From Blasia pusilla (taxonomy: Eukaryota): a stretch of 64,000 nt of DNA. The position numbers and the translations under genes were made by a program. The notes under the pieces are model-generated. The model ran no database searches. It was not told the origin of the DNA and saw only the letters and a program-made list of their open reading frames with translations. Location: contig CM114271.1 in NCBI GenBank assembly GCA_050084515.1, positions 25,048,001 through 25,112,000 of the forward strand, read 5' to 3'. Shown piece by piece: positions 1-13,734 of this stretch; the stretch's first letter is position 1, and every line of letters begins with the position of its first letter.

Positions 1-741
1 AAAAATAGGCAACATGTTTGAATTTTGTTGTTTGAGCATGGGTAGAAATTTATAAGGATTTGAGTGGAATAGAAAACAAAAGCTACTTATTAATTAAAAA
101 TTTATTTAATATTATAATAGGTAAATATAAATATTACTAAAATAGAAAATTGTGATAAAATGAATAGATAAATATTGTGTGCCTTGATTCATATTGAATG
201 GATAGAAGTTGAATTTTAATGGAAAAGGAATATATTTTTTTTGAATTTTATGTAAGGGTAAATTTACTTACAAGACTAGGATATCATTTCAATTTGAATT
301 GAGGAGTATAATTACTTAGAAGAGCTAAGTTGTCCATCACCGGATTGCTATCATGGTCTGTAGGATGATGACTCCTCCCAATAATTAAGGGAAAACCCCA
401 TTGGGTATAACACCCGTATAATTTGTACTTTTTAAAATCTTAAAAGAACAAGAAATTCTCACTTTTATAGAAGACCCATCTACCCTAAATAATCTCAATT
501 CTCCATAATAAGTTCAAACAATAACTATTCTTTCTCTTCCATTCTTCCCACCAAAATAACATTCACTAACTAAATTCTTAGTTCATTTTCTTTAACAAAT
601 TTGTTTTCCTTTTCCATTAGAATTCATTTTCCTTTCCCAAAATCTCACATGTGAATTAATGTGATTATTTAAAAAAATTCGAATTATTCATTTTATATTT
701 TAAATAGAATTTATATTTTCTAAAATCTTAGAAGAATAATT

Positions 742-2183
742 ACAACTTAGCTCTTTGCCCGTTCGATTCACGAGCGGAGAGATCGAGAAAAAGCCATGAG
801 AGATGGCGACATTGGTAGTATTTAGCAGCGCAAGGCGCATTTCACTTCAACATATGGCGCAGTTACGCCTCCGTTCTCCCGACTTGTTGTCTGCGTCCGC
901 CGTATAGACGTACTAGAGTTTCCTACCAAGGCATGCTTCGTTGCTAGGGGCACATGATTTGGTTCGGGTAGGGACCATCGATTTGGTTATCGCTGGTTGG
1001 CCATGTGAGGGCCAATCGAGTGTTGAACGAGGTAGCGGGTTGGCTGACACTCGATCCAGACTGTTTTGGGAGATGATGAGGATCTTGCGAGACTTGCACG
1101 AGCGTTAGTCCCATTCTCCAACGTACATTCTGAAGAATGTGTCGATTTGGATGATTCGAGGTCCCATATGTGGACAAGTGCACATCATGTGCACGAATGG
1201 ATCGGCCCAGCAGTGTTGTTGGATGCGGCGAGTGAAGGTTCACAAGCACATGGCCAGTGTCTATGATGGATCAACTTGGTGCCAAATGAGGTGTTGTGGA
1301 GGGCGTATGCAAGAGTGGAGCGCCCCTCCCATTTGTTGGTGGCCTCTATTATGGATCATGGTCGTCAATCACAAGCAATGACATATGATGATCCACCGTC
1401 ATTGATCGTGGTCAATAGGATTGGGATGCCACGCGTAGCCTTTCCCACATTTTTTAGTTGTCCTGCTTCCTATGCATACAAGGAGGCTAGACCGTGCTTG
1501 GTTTGGGATAACCAGGTACAGCGATTGGTGGAGCCCAACAGCGATGAGCGAGAACAAGCGATGGGATTTCCCATGGGAGTGACGGTGATACCGTCCGTAT
1601 TGGAGGCAAGAAATGGACTTGAATTGCTTGACGTGGATCATCGGCTTAGGAGTGGGTGAGCAGCGTCATTTGAGATTGCGATAAGTCTCAGGTGTTGCGT
1701 TGGTGAGTCCCACGCCTACCAAGATGGTTGAGGGCAGTGGCTAGGGGTGATCGGTAGAGACACCCTTGGACTTCTTGGGATGTTTTGCAGGTACGCCGAG
1801 AGATCATAGCCACAACATTGTGCGTGGTTCCAAGTAGTGCAGGTGGAGGAGATGAGATTTTGCACTTGGTTATAGGGGATCAGTTGAGTCATGTTGTTTG
1901 AGATGGGGTTGCACCGTAGCAACCACCGATACCTGCCCCGAATAGTCCTACTATAGTCATGATGGAGACTTGGGAGCTAGATTTGGGCCCTAAGATGATA
2001 AGAGGAGAGCGGCGCCGGATACATCAGTTCCTTAGGAGGTATAGGAGCTGTTTTGCATTTAGCATGCAAGATTTGGGTGCGCTGAAGGGTCCAAGGATCC
2101 GCATTGAATTGTCTAGCAACTCGCCGATCTTCCAACCACCTTACAAGTACAATGATATGGAGAGGGTTCTAATTTAAAGGAGG
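742..2183 (+). mobile_element. Degenerate fragment of the DNMT-carrying Gypsy family (C5-MTase motifs IV-X plus start of RT), truncated by insertion of a second family member
   Basis: Colinear with the reverse complement of about 21550-23440. Translates VGTIDLVIAGWPCEGQSS (motif IV), YILKNV (ENV mutated), EPNSDEREQAMGFP (motif IX) and FAFSMQDLGALKGP...PYKY (RT N-terminus). Contains many stops, and a deletion removes motif I. Confidence 0.85.
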
Positions 2184-2952
2184 TGTCGTGCGCATACACA
2201 TCGCTACACAACATACATCGCTGTCATTGAACACACACACAAACACACACAATCCCATGCTAACTCATGACATCCATACATAGAGGCGAGAAGTACCAAA
2301 ATATCTCCGATAAAGTACGCTCGGATTTCTCTCAACACCATCTCACACCATAGCTCTCAAAGGTGTGCACTTTCTCTCATGTCAAACCAAACCCACTCTC
2401 CTAATGAGAGGCTTGGGTTACACTCATAAGGCAAGGGACCATAGCTCCGCCGCCTCATGCCAAGAGGTTCAACAAAGAGAGAATGAGCTTTCAAGCTCTC
2501 TCTCTTGGAGGTATACCTCCTTCCCTCTCCCAAGCCCTCTCAATGGTAACCTATGCTCGCAAGTCACCTCCTTGGCTCTTGACATGCTATAGCGGGTCAA
2601 AGCCCACTTCCCAAAGTAGAAAGTCAACTATCCCCAACATGGAAACTTGCCTAAAATAGTAAGTTTCTCTATATGGCTCCAAATGAGCCGAAACGAAGGG
2701 GAAACCTGCTCTCTCAGGTTTTGCGGGGTCTCACCAGGTCATGCTCGACAACTTGGGCCTGTCCTCCACTACTCGTGAAGACATTTTTCTAGATCCCACC
2801 GATCTATCCTAATAGTCGTGATAGTTGTCGTCCGCATACACATCGCTACACAACATACATCGCTGTCATCAAACATAAACACAAAACACACAATCCCATG
2901 CTAACTCATGGTATTCATACACAGAGGCGAGAAGTACCAAAATATCTCCAAT
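2184..2952 (-). repeat. Probable 3' LTR of the Gypsy-DNMT element, bounded by about 125-bp direct repeats (2184-2310 and 2826-2951)
   Basis: Follows a minus-strand polypurine tract AGGGGGGCG (about 2953-2961) downstream of the pol stop at 3127. Ends in CA on the minus strand (TG at 2184-2185). The two direct repeats are visible in the sequence. Confidence 0.6.
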
Positions 2953-3126
2953 CGCCCCCCTAGTTGGTGGTTAGGGTCCTCTAACTCCAGATAGCCATCT
3001 ATCCCTACCTACCACGACATACATCTCTAGGACGCTAAGAGCATAAAGGCCGGGTGCTCATGTGGCCCCATCGTTAGTTGCCTTCTTGTCATCCATGTCA
3101 CAGAAAAAGTCGGAATCGAAATCTAC

Positions 3127-3705
3127 CTAGTATCTCCTCTTTGTACATCTGGGACACATCCATCGTCCCCGAGGAACCCTAATGAGAGGTGGCGTCAGAC
3201 ATGCCATATGCCAACCTCTCGAACATCCATCACAGACTAGCATCGTGACCACACCACGGGCATAACCACACAACATACAACGCAAGCCTGCAGAAACTAC
3301 TGCTAAGCTCGGATCTATTGTACCATCAATGTTAGGAAGGTGACATGGCGCACAATTACGCACATGGTCCTTCCATACCATACCATCGCGTCCCTCTAGC
3401 AAGAGAACACCGGATGGCAAAACGTCACGCACTAAACGTTGGATGTGACGTTGGATGTGATCCTACAGTCACATCCAACGTCGTCAGTGCCGTCTACTAC
3501 AAGTAAACATAATCTCCCTGATGAAACCTCCGGATAGTTGGTCGATAACCACCACCCTGAATAGTCGCATACCTCAACGTATCCCGATGTTATGCAATCG
3601 CCAAGTTCTCAAACGCCATGGGCATCACTCTCCCAAACAACTTAGCCCTCTAAAAACATGCTCGCATTCATACATCTGGGTCATCAAGGTCCAACACCTC
3701 ACCAA
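3127..3705 (-). pseudogene. Integrase C-terminal region followed by a PHD finger (3' end of Gypsy pol)
   Basis: CMLC...MLVCDGCSRGWHMACLTPPL...PRGRWMCPRC is a C4HC3 PHD finger. It is preceded by LPSGVLLLEGRDG...DHVRNCAPCHLP, an integrase tail. Confidence 0.85.
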
Positions 3706-5515
3706 CATCACTAGAAGAAAATGGTGGCTTTCATGACTATGACTCAAATGATTAAGGTTCTTCATGACTTGAACGTATGATTAGAATGTCCCCTAGTCCT
3801 ACGAAAGTCATATTTGTCCATAAATAAATGAAATGTAAGTCATATAATAATATGACTAAGTCATACAATAATTTTGGAAGATGGCTTAGTCATATATAAA
3901 ATTACTAGGTAATAATTGAGTCATATCTAAACAAGATGTTCCAACTTATACTCATCTAAAATAGCAATATGACTTAGTGATGTGGATTTTACTAGAATAT
4001 TATCAATTAAAAGATAAAATATTCTTTCAGCACATAATAGGAAAATGGAGAAAGATAGAATTTAAAATCACTAACTCAACTAAAAAAACATAAAAGGTTA
4101 ACTTGGGAGAAAAATTGCTGAGGGGAATGGAGATCCCATCCGCGGGAATTAAGAATAGGATAAGTGCGGGAAGAAAGTATTTGAATAGGGTAAGTGAGGG
4201 AAGCTTGGAGAAACTCAGGAAGAGAGAGCGCGGACAGATTTATGGAGAAGGAAGTGTGCGGCCATGACTAGTGAAATGCGAAGGATTGGAATAGGTTTTT
4301 CTTATGTTGCCCTAATTTTCGCACTAATTCGGGAGTTTTCCAAGAAATTGAGTAGCGTCATGGGCTTCTTCTTCTGCTTGTTATCTCGGTATAATTCTTA
4401 GTCCTAAACCCCATAGCCGTGCGTATTACGCATCTTACAATGATTCATTGCAGCTCCCAACCATTCCTCAAATACATCAGCGCTCCTTATTCATGTGATT
4501 CCTATCAAATTTGAAAAGAGAGAGACAGGCATACCCCACATTACTCTCTCTCTGCATGTTGCGCCGCTTCATGTTAAGATTATGTTCTCCCCCGTCGCGC
4601 ATCCTAGATTTATCAGTCCCCATGGACAACAACTTTGTTCAGTCTCTTGTCGCATGTTCCTTGTTTTGGACCCCGTAGAGAATAAATCAGTTCATTTCTT
4701 TTATCTTGTCGTTCTTGAAATTCAAACTGATATCTCTCTCTTCGGTCGTGCTTCAAATCCATCCACTTCTGCTCGAGCTGTAGTACAGTGCTTGGCGCCG
4801 CGATTCCATTGTCGCAACAGCCGTTGTATCGCATGGCATGAGTCTCACATGTGTTTAGAAGGCAGGGGATCGTGACGAGTTCCAATTCATTGGAGTGTTG
4901 CTAGTGCAGCTACGAGAGCGGCATGGTGGTTGCGGCTCTGCCATCATAGCTTCTGTTATTTTGTGCGGCTGACATCTCGCGGGATTTTCTTGCAAGAGTA
5001 TCAAGGGAGAATTGGAGGGACTCAAAGGTTTTAGCTCAGTCATTCGGACCCGGCTCGGTGAGAATTTTGTGCGCGCAGGAGTAGCATCCGTGGTGTATGA
5101 GGAATCCTACCTGGTGCTCATACCTCTCGCCGCCAATCGCTCTTGCTTCTTGTCAGCAGATTGGTGTGTTTGTAGCAACGCACAAGTTGGAATTCGGTGG
5201 TGTGGAAGGTTTCTTCCGGCGAGTGGTATTGGTGTGAGAAGAGAGGAGACATTTACTTGCAAATTTGATCATTTTCATATGCAATGGAGATGGTGTGAGT
5301 TTTGACATGTGATTTTCGCAATTGCGATCGGTTACTACGCACCACTCGGACGATCTGCGCGCATCGTGGACGGCATGTGAGGTTAAGCTTGGACGGAGCG
5401 GAGGAGATATGTCGGTCCGCCGCTGTGTTTGTTTCCCTACGCTTTGCGGTCACAGGTGGGGGATGCGAACCAGTGATTAGTCGGATTGGATTGATTTGCT
5501 GCAGATGAGGGAGAG

Positions 5516-5743
5516 ATGGGAATTACTCAAGCGGAAGTGAAATTGAGGAGAATGTTGGCCGCAACTCCTCATCAGGGAAACCAAACTAAGTTGTTGAGTT
5601 ATGTGGAGTCAATGCGGGAGCAGTTCGCACTACTTTCAAGAGGTGGCCTACAGGCGGAGCTCCCCATCATACCCGCAGCCCAGGCGAAGAGTATCGAGAA
5701 AATTGCAGAGAAAATATACCCCAATACTGTGCACGATGTGTGA
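5516..5743 (+). pseudogene. USE1: Captured 5' fragment of a plant USE1-like ER SNARE gene
   Basis: MGITQAEVKLRRMLAATPHQGNQTKLLSYVESMREQFALL...LP resembles my recollection of the plant USE1 N-terminus (MG..TE.NF.RLL.AAP.QQNQ.KL.HYV.TLREQL). Truncated; no SNARE or TM region follows. Confidence 0.7.
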
Positions 5744-6052
5744 GAATCTCTTCGAGGTCAAGATGATAAGAGCAATCAAACACTAGCAGGTTAAACTCGA
5801 CCAGGACGAACAAATTTTGGCCCCTCAACTCCATCAATGCTCTTGCTGCATACCATCGAAATGTCAAAATCTCCCAAGAATCAATAGGTGGGGATCTGTA
5901 GAGTCGAATTTGACATCCATTAGAGTCCCAGTCGGTACAGAGTGAGCTAGCTTCAAAACCTCTTCCATCAGGCGTCGACTTGGAAAATTGACCACTCTTT
6001 CTGTGGAAAACTAAGAGCGCGCAACCACAGGAGCAACAATAGCAAGAGAGTA

Positions 6053-9000
6053 CACACACACTCACTCTCTCTCTCGGCCTGGTTGGGTTTAAACCCCAAA
6101 ACTATAAGTCCCAACAGGCCTGGTATGTTGGGACGACATGTTCTAAAGCACTACTCCTGGGTAGCTTATAATGAGCGAACCCTGCGCAAGCAATATAGCA
6201 ATACTCTCTGTCGAGTTGCCCATTGCTGTAGTTGGAACTTGTAGTGAGCTTGCGATGTCGTTCCCTTGGTTGGTAGGTGTGGATTAGTGTCGAGTTGCCC
6301 ATTGCTGTAGTTGGAACTTGTAGTGAGCTTGCGATGTCGTTCCCTTGGTTGGTAGGTGTGGATTAGTGTGTCGTGTAATCCATGTGACTTGTGGCAGTTG
6401 TGCCACAAGTAAGGTGTCATGTGGACTTAGTTGGAGAAATGGAAACCTCTCCTTCTTTTGAAGTTGGATTCACGGGCCCTCCTCTGCAGCTTAATGCCAG
6501 GGCTGTTCACCTTGGCAGGTAGTGATGATATCTGGGGGTAACAAGCGGGCCCTCTTTGGGCACTCTGCCGCTTGGAGGCAGCCCCTCCGCACAAATAGGA
6601 CAGCGAGTTCCTGTCTGGACTCTCGGGCTGAGAGCTTACACATTCTCCCCAGATCCTAAATCAGTTGTTTGCCAAACCTCTACATATAATCAGCGGCCTT
6701 GAGCCCAATATATCTCCGTCCTCCAAAGCTTGTGAGGAGTATCAGTTCACCTATCAAAGGCGCATACCAAAGCCCAGCATCCCCAAGCTGGGTGGGGAAT
6801 ACCGGCATGTTTATGTGAGACGCTCAAAGGCCCCCCGGAGTTCGGACGTGGGCAGAGAGTTCAATCTGGTCTACAGGAGGAGACCACGATTCTACATGAT
6901 CATTTTCGGTGTACGTCCCACAATAGACTTCGTCTCATTTAAGATCATGTGCGCAGCTTTGGGCTTTGAATTCCTGGCTACTGCTGGGGTTACTCGGATG
7001 ATGAATGGCCATCAAGGTATCTTCAAGGCATCTATCAAGGGCAGAGGAGGCCAATACTTGGCTTGCCACAAAAACCAGGTGTCTCAAGATTTGAGACGTG
7101 CCTACAACTGGAGAGCTATGGTAGTCGAGGGTGGTTCCAGCTTGAAGGAAAGGCCCATCCCCACAAAACCGTTGGTGATCTACACACCTAATATCTTTAG
7201 TGTTCTCCAAGGGACCAGCGATGAAGAGCCTGCACATGAAGAGGTTTCATGCCAAAAGCGTGCCCGCCGACCCCCATCCCACTTAGTGACAGGTCTACGT
7301 TTGGGTACCTGGAACTTCTGTGGACTGACCCATGCAATGAAGCAGCTGGAGGTTGCTGAAGTTTTGCTGAAAAATCAAATACATATATGCGGGGGTCAGG
7401 AAACTTGGGAAACCAAGTTAATGGAGATACCCCATGTACCACACTATGCATGGTTTGGAAAGATGTGCAGCACCCATGCGGACAACAACAGAGGTATGAA
7501 GGGTGTCGGGTTCCTCATCAGAGACTTCATGGTGGATAGGTGGGAGATCATCAGCACAGGGCTCGAGTATGAACACAACATATGGGTCAAAGTCCGAGCT
7601 GAGTGCAACTCGCGGGATATGTATATGGGGTGTATTTACATGCCTACAAACAGTGAATCTGCTGCTGTAACACAGGCAGCGTTTGATAGTGTGAAAACTG
7701 ATTTCCTTGGGTTCCAGACAAAGGGGAACATAGTCTTGCTGGGAGACTTCAACAGCTGGGTGGGGCAAGGCACTGATCCCCAAGCGGAGATCGGGATGTT
7801 TGGAGATGTGAGAGTGAATGGCAATGGCACACGGCTGATCACGATGTTGATGGAACTTCAACCGATGGCACTGAATGATAGGCATAAGGTGGGATCCCCA
7901 GCTTGGACTAGGGTCAACTTCAAGGAGAATGAGAGCTCCATTGTGGACTACATAGCTGTGGATGAGGAACTCTACACACGCAGTGGGAAGATCAGAGTGG
8001 ATGCGACAGACAGTGGAAGATCAGATCATTCATTAGCCTTTGCATTTTAGCAAAGGCTAAAATGCTCCACCAAACCAATGAAGAGAGTGATCAAGAAATG
8101 GAGGATAGAGGACTTCCAAGATGAGGGCAACAAGAAGGTATACATTGGGAAGCTGGAAGAAAATCTCTTGGCATTTGACACTTTCATTGAATCTACTGTG
8201 AAGACCTTTGGGTTCACAAGAACAAGTGTGGACATGATGGTGGCATGGTGGGAGCGTGGAGTGACAGATGCCGCCGAGATTACTGTCGGCAGAAAATTGA
8301 TAATATGCGGCAAAGCCGTCAAATGGTGGTCCTTGGAACTCAGGGCAGCCATTGCCAAACGAAGGGAAGCGTATGTCACAAGTGCCAAAGCCAGGGACGA
8401 TGCATCCTTGTGGGCAGAGTATGTGGCCCTACGCAAGGAAACCCGTCTTCTCGTGCGCATGCACAAGAAGAAAATGAACCAAACCACATACTCATCCATC
8501 AATGAGAATTTCACTGAGAACCAGAAAAAGTTCTGGATGGAAGTGCAGAAATTGAGCAAGGCCAGGGACAAAAAAGACGTAAAGGACTTGAAGAGAAAAG
8601 ACAGTGGAATGGTGACCACGGCTAAACAGATCCGACATGTGTTGGAAGGCCATTACAAGGAGTTAGGCAGGAAGCCGGCTCGGACATCCCTTGAAGAGCA
8701 GAACTTCGAGAGGGTGGTGGAGGATTTTGTTAAGATATAACGGGGGAAGGCAGATGATGAGGTTGAGGTGGGCAACCCATATAACGATTGGTTCTCCCTG
8801 GGTGAGGTGGGAGCAGTGATCAAAGAACTTGTGAACCACAAAGCAGGTGGTGGTGATGAGCTTGTCAATGAGCTGTTGAAGCATGGCGATGCTGCTATGG
8901 CTCGTTCTCTAGTGAGTCTCTTCAACCTGGTCTGGCGGGCAGAAGTCATCCCACAAAGATGGCGGGTGGGAGTCATCGTGAACCTCTTCAAGAAGGGTGA

Positions 9001-10904
9001 GCGAGAAGACCCTGGAAACTACAGGGGTATTACATTGCTGAGTGTAGTCGAGAAGCCCCTCTGCCGTATACTCAACAATAGGATCTCTGTGTACCTGGAG
9101 GAGAATTCTCTCATCAAGGAAGGCCAGGCTAGCTTCCGGCAAGCCCGAGGATGCGTGGACCACATCTTCACCTTTAGTCAGATCATCCAGGGTAGGAAAA
9201 AAGAGGGGAAACTCACCTATTGCTTCTTCTTGGACCTCAAGAAGGCATACGACACTGTATGGCGTGACGGGCTTTCTTATAGCTTGTGGAAGGCGGGGCT
9301 GAGAGGGAAAATATGGAGGGTGGTGGAGAAGATGTATTAGAACACAAGGAGTAGAGTTTTGGTGAATGGCCAAAAGAGTGGGACATTCGACATCAAGCAA
9401 GGAGTGGCTCAAGGATGCCCGCTCTCCCCCACTCTCTTCAACATTTTCGTGAATTCCCTATTGGAAGAAACGGAGGATAGTGGACTAGGCATACAGGTGG
9501 GCAACAACTCTGTTGTTGCCCTAATGTTTGCTGATGACTTTGGTGGCCTCGAGGAAGCAGGAGAGAAACTCCAAGAGATGATCTCCCTGACCAAAATCTG
9601 GTGTGACATGTGGGGCATGGAGGCAAATGTACTGAAGTGCGGTGTGATGATTTTCAATGGCAAGGAGGAGGATCAAGACCAATAGTGGTACTGGGGCGAA
9701 CAAGAGATCCCCCGTGTGGCTACATACACCTATCTGGGCATAGAATTCTCGGAAGATTGCATGTGGGATGCACACATTAAGAAGACTACTGAGAAAGGCC
9801 ACAAGAAGGTGAACAGTCTATCCAGATTCCTACACTGCCGGGATATCACATCAGAAGTAAAGCGCTGTGTCATTTTGCATACCATTTGTCCCTCGCTGGA
9901 AGACGGGGCAGCAGTGTGGGATGCCAAAAACAAACAAAGGGATAGGCTTGAAGCTGTGCAGCTGAAGGCATTTCGAGGTATGATGTCAACCTCATCACGA
10001 ACAACCCGAGTTGGTGTGAGATCAGAACTAGGTGTGGAACCCTTGGAGGATAGACGTGATATTGCCAAGTTGAAATGGCGGAGGCAGCTGGAGACAATGG
10101 ACTCCCATCGCTATCCTAAAGAGGTGATGGGGAAAACCTGGACCCAAAGAAGACCCGTAAAGCAGGCCAAATCTTGGACGAAAAAGGTTCAAGAGATTGT
10201 GCAAGCTTCCAAGCTCCCAGCAAGGCCTGAACTGTGGGAGCAAGATGAGAAAGCATTCGTGGATACCATAACCAAAGCAGTGGGCAAACACTCACAGTAG
10301 AACAGCACGGAGGAAGCCATGAAAATGTCTGACCTCTCTCTTTTGACGGTATATCCCGAGAGGGCAGAACTGAAGAAGTATTTGCGGGGAACCCCTTGCT
10401 TGGGAACCCGGCTCAAGTTCAAGTTCAGGACGGGGGCAATCCCCTTGAACCATAAGAAAAGCAGGATGGGGAGACAACTAAACTCTTGCGCCTTGTGTGA
10501 CGATGGGGACGAAACCTCTAGTCATTACTTGGTCTCTTGCGCAAAATTCACACCACACAGTGCAAGAGCATATGCTGATATTGCTAAGCTGGTAGCACCT
10601 GAATTGTTCAACACATTTAGTAGGCTTGATTCATTGCCCAAAGCTGCTGCACTGGTAAGTAATGTCTATTGGGGATCCCAATAAGGTAAAGTAGATGGTG
10701 TGGTGAAGAGTTTCTTGGTTCACACTTGGAAGCTCCGCACAAACACGTTGTTTGGTCAGCACTCACACTATTTTAGAGTGTCTCCCTCCTCTCATATGGT
10801 ACCTTCTTCACTTGCTTCTCTCTCTACACCTATCCTAGTCTCAAGCATCGTCCAACCAGGGCGCGGGGTCTATGGTCGCAAGGCTACGACAGGCACTATT
10901 TAAT
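6053..10904 (+). mobile_element. Non-LTR retrotransposon (RTE/RTEX-like LINE): APE endonuclease, RT and C-terminal CCHC
   Basis: One frame, 6665-10903: GTWN, QETW, GDFN, IVDYI and SDH (APE); KKG...NYRGITLL, DLKKAYD, GVAQGCPLSP and FADD (RT); CALC...H...C. Six in-frame stops. Candidate TSD GAGTA at 6048-6052 and 10905-10909. Confidence 0.9.
6209..6366 (+). repeat. Tandem duplication (2 x 79 bp) in the LINE 5' region
   Basis: TGTCGAGTTGCCCATTGCTG...GTGTGGATTAG occurs twice head-to-tail. Confidence 0.9.
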
Positions 10905-13734
10905 GAGTATAGTCTCTGCAAAAATGGCGAAAAGCCCATTAGTGATGAATGATGGAGGAGAGTAGCATTGGTTGTCAGATGGATAGCTCTCAATCAGTTG
11001 TAACTCCCACTCGGGAGTTGCGGATTCTTCTTTGAATTTCAATTGCATTGGTGCTCAATTTTTTCCCAACAAAACGTGCATGTACCTGGATTCTGTGTAT
11101 TCTTGCAAGATTCTATGGATTCTTGCGAGTTGATGTGTCTGGTGCAGTACATCAGAAGCTAACACAAGCTCCTGGAGGTTTGCAGGAGAGGATCCTAGGT
11201 TTCACTCTAGGAGTTTCTTGTGGAATCGGTGCTTTTATTTTTGAGCAAAAGAACCTCTGGAGATTGGCCAGGGAGCTAGCGAATGTGTACTCAAGAGGAA
11301 AACTGTCTCATCCCCAAGTTTATGTGAGTTTCTCACTGTATTCGTTCCCATTTTTGTTGACTAGTTCCATTTTTTAGGTGATCCACTTCAACCTTAAGCA
11401 AATGCTCATATACAGAATTGTGTTTTTGGGCTTGTGCATGTGAGTATTGTTTGAATCTAATGACACATGGAACCCCAAAAGCTAAAACGAAGTCCAACTT
11501 TAATTCTAGGGTTCGTTGGACATTCAATAGGCTTCAAAGAGTCATGAGCAATCTGACCAACGCCTCTATGATCCCATAGCATTGAAGACGTTGTCTTGTT
11601 TGAAGAATTTAGGGTGTTCAATAAACTCATCACTTGTTTTAATGTCAAAGCTTCTAGAAAAAAATTGCATCATCATAACTGATGGGGATAGGGGGTTGGA
11701 CAATTGAACATGATCCATAATAAAGTCTGAACATCACGCTTCTGATGGGACGATTAGTAATATGGTGAAGGGTGTTTTCATAAGTTGGTTGCATTTGTGA
11801 GGGTACAGAGCTAACGACATAATGTGTGGATGACTTTGGAAGTTAGTGAAGAAACTTTCAGCATACCAGAGCCTAGATAAATCACCACTAAATGAAGGAA
11901 TTTCATTTAATACTTCATGGAATTTCACACTCCCTACAGCATTAGTCTTCGTAAAATTTGAGACCAAAGATAACATTAATGAATTTTTGGAGTTTTCTCA
12001 TGATTACTGAGATGTAATCACTGTTTTTGTGAGAGCCTTGTATCATTTGCTTCTTGGAAATATGTGTAAATTTATTCTTGTGTGATGTCAAATTCAACAG
12101 GTCCCTGCGCCTTTCTTTGGACGCCAGGCACGATAGAAGATGATCCATGCATGGAATATCGGACTTGACAAGATGCTAGGCTCCATTATATCTCGACTGA
12201 GTGAGAGGGGGTGGTAAATTTACTTCAAACCTGACCTTACATACATATGCAAACCATCTACAAGGGTTTATGGATGTCAAGCTGTGGGGAGAAGCTTTCA
12301 GATCCGTGTTGCACCGGACGATTAGCCTGAGGTAAAATTACTAGCGTTCATCCCCGATTATACTACTGTTTGGTGCATACTTCTGATGGAAACTTAGGAT
12401 CCCAAGGAATTGATTTTGGATGGGTGCTTCCATTTAATATGTCCTCAATTGAGAATGCAGGGGTTGAATAATCATTTGAGTCTTTATAGAATATCCAACA
12501 GTTGTTAGCCCTATTTCCCTATGGGAAGAACGCCAAATTTTGTACTGAATATTCCAACTTTGGTGGGTACTGTTGCTAGCACATAGCTTTCCAGCTCTTG
12601 AAGGTCTTATGCAATATAATCTAGGGTTTTTTTTTTTTGGCATGCATTGGATGAGTCCAACAAATTCAGTTTATTTCTGTTTAACTATATTTATCTGCTC
12701 TTCCTCCATTCATTCCTCCCCTTTATCCTCTGAAGGGTTGTGGTTTGTGGAAAGGTCTAGCAACTTTTCCTTGAGCTCTTATAGGCCAATTTCTGGTCTT
12801 GCAGAAACGTTGGTGAAAAAGGGAGCAGTGCATTGATGTTTCGTTTTCCACATCTTGGTCCCCCACCCCATTTCCATCCACGCGTCAGTCTAGCTAAGTC
12901 CTTTCTGAAAGTGGCTCCGTAGCCATCAAGCCCTTGTAGGTAATTTCATATCAGTATCATTCATTCTTGCTACTACAATTGTCATCTTGTCAAACAGGTG
13001 GGCACTACCAGACTTTTACAACTGAGATGTTTACGCATCTAGAAAATATTGAAGTGTTTGCCAAGTTGGAGTTCTCTTCTCATAAAGTAACTTCTAGAAA
13101 GGAGGAACTAGTCGATCACTCAATATTATTTCAATCATTCTCTATTTAAATAGTAAACTCAATATTTTATCTTTTCTGTCAAAGCATCTTGTAAGCTTGT
13201 GTTTGCACCCCATGCCCTATCCTACTCAATGGTGTCATGATAGACTCTAAATTTTGAAATGGAGATGTTGGCTCTCAATTTTGAAGTGGAGATGTTGTAA
13301 TATTTTTAAATCAAATTGACCAATATGATTCACTCATATTTTATGACATAATCATCATGAGTCATTTCAGAAAAGACAAAGTCCTCCATACAACTCATTC
13401 ATATTTTATGATTCGAGAACATAATCATTCACATAGATCAAAAAGATTAATGACTCAAATGATCACAATGATTAACTTTTAGGTGACCTATACGATTGAA
13501 TATATGACTCATGTATCACGAATCAATCATTTTAACAAATTTTGGTAACCGATATGATTCGTTACGTGACTCAATCATGTCTCATGACTCAATCACTTAA
13601 ACCATACAAGTGTTTCATATGATTAAGAAATGCATCATCGCCAAGTCATTTAGACCATTTGAGTGATGGATATGATTTAGTCATAGATTATGACAATCAT
13701 TTTGACCATTTGAATGATGAATATGACTTAATTA

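Noticed and set aside
6665-10903. TAA/TAG-to-Gln genetic code reassignment
   Set aside because: The host appears to be a land plant, and neighbouring elements show similar transition damage even at catalytic residues (ENV to KNV, YVDD to YVDN), so mutational decay is simpler.
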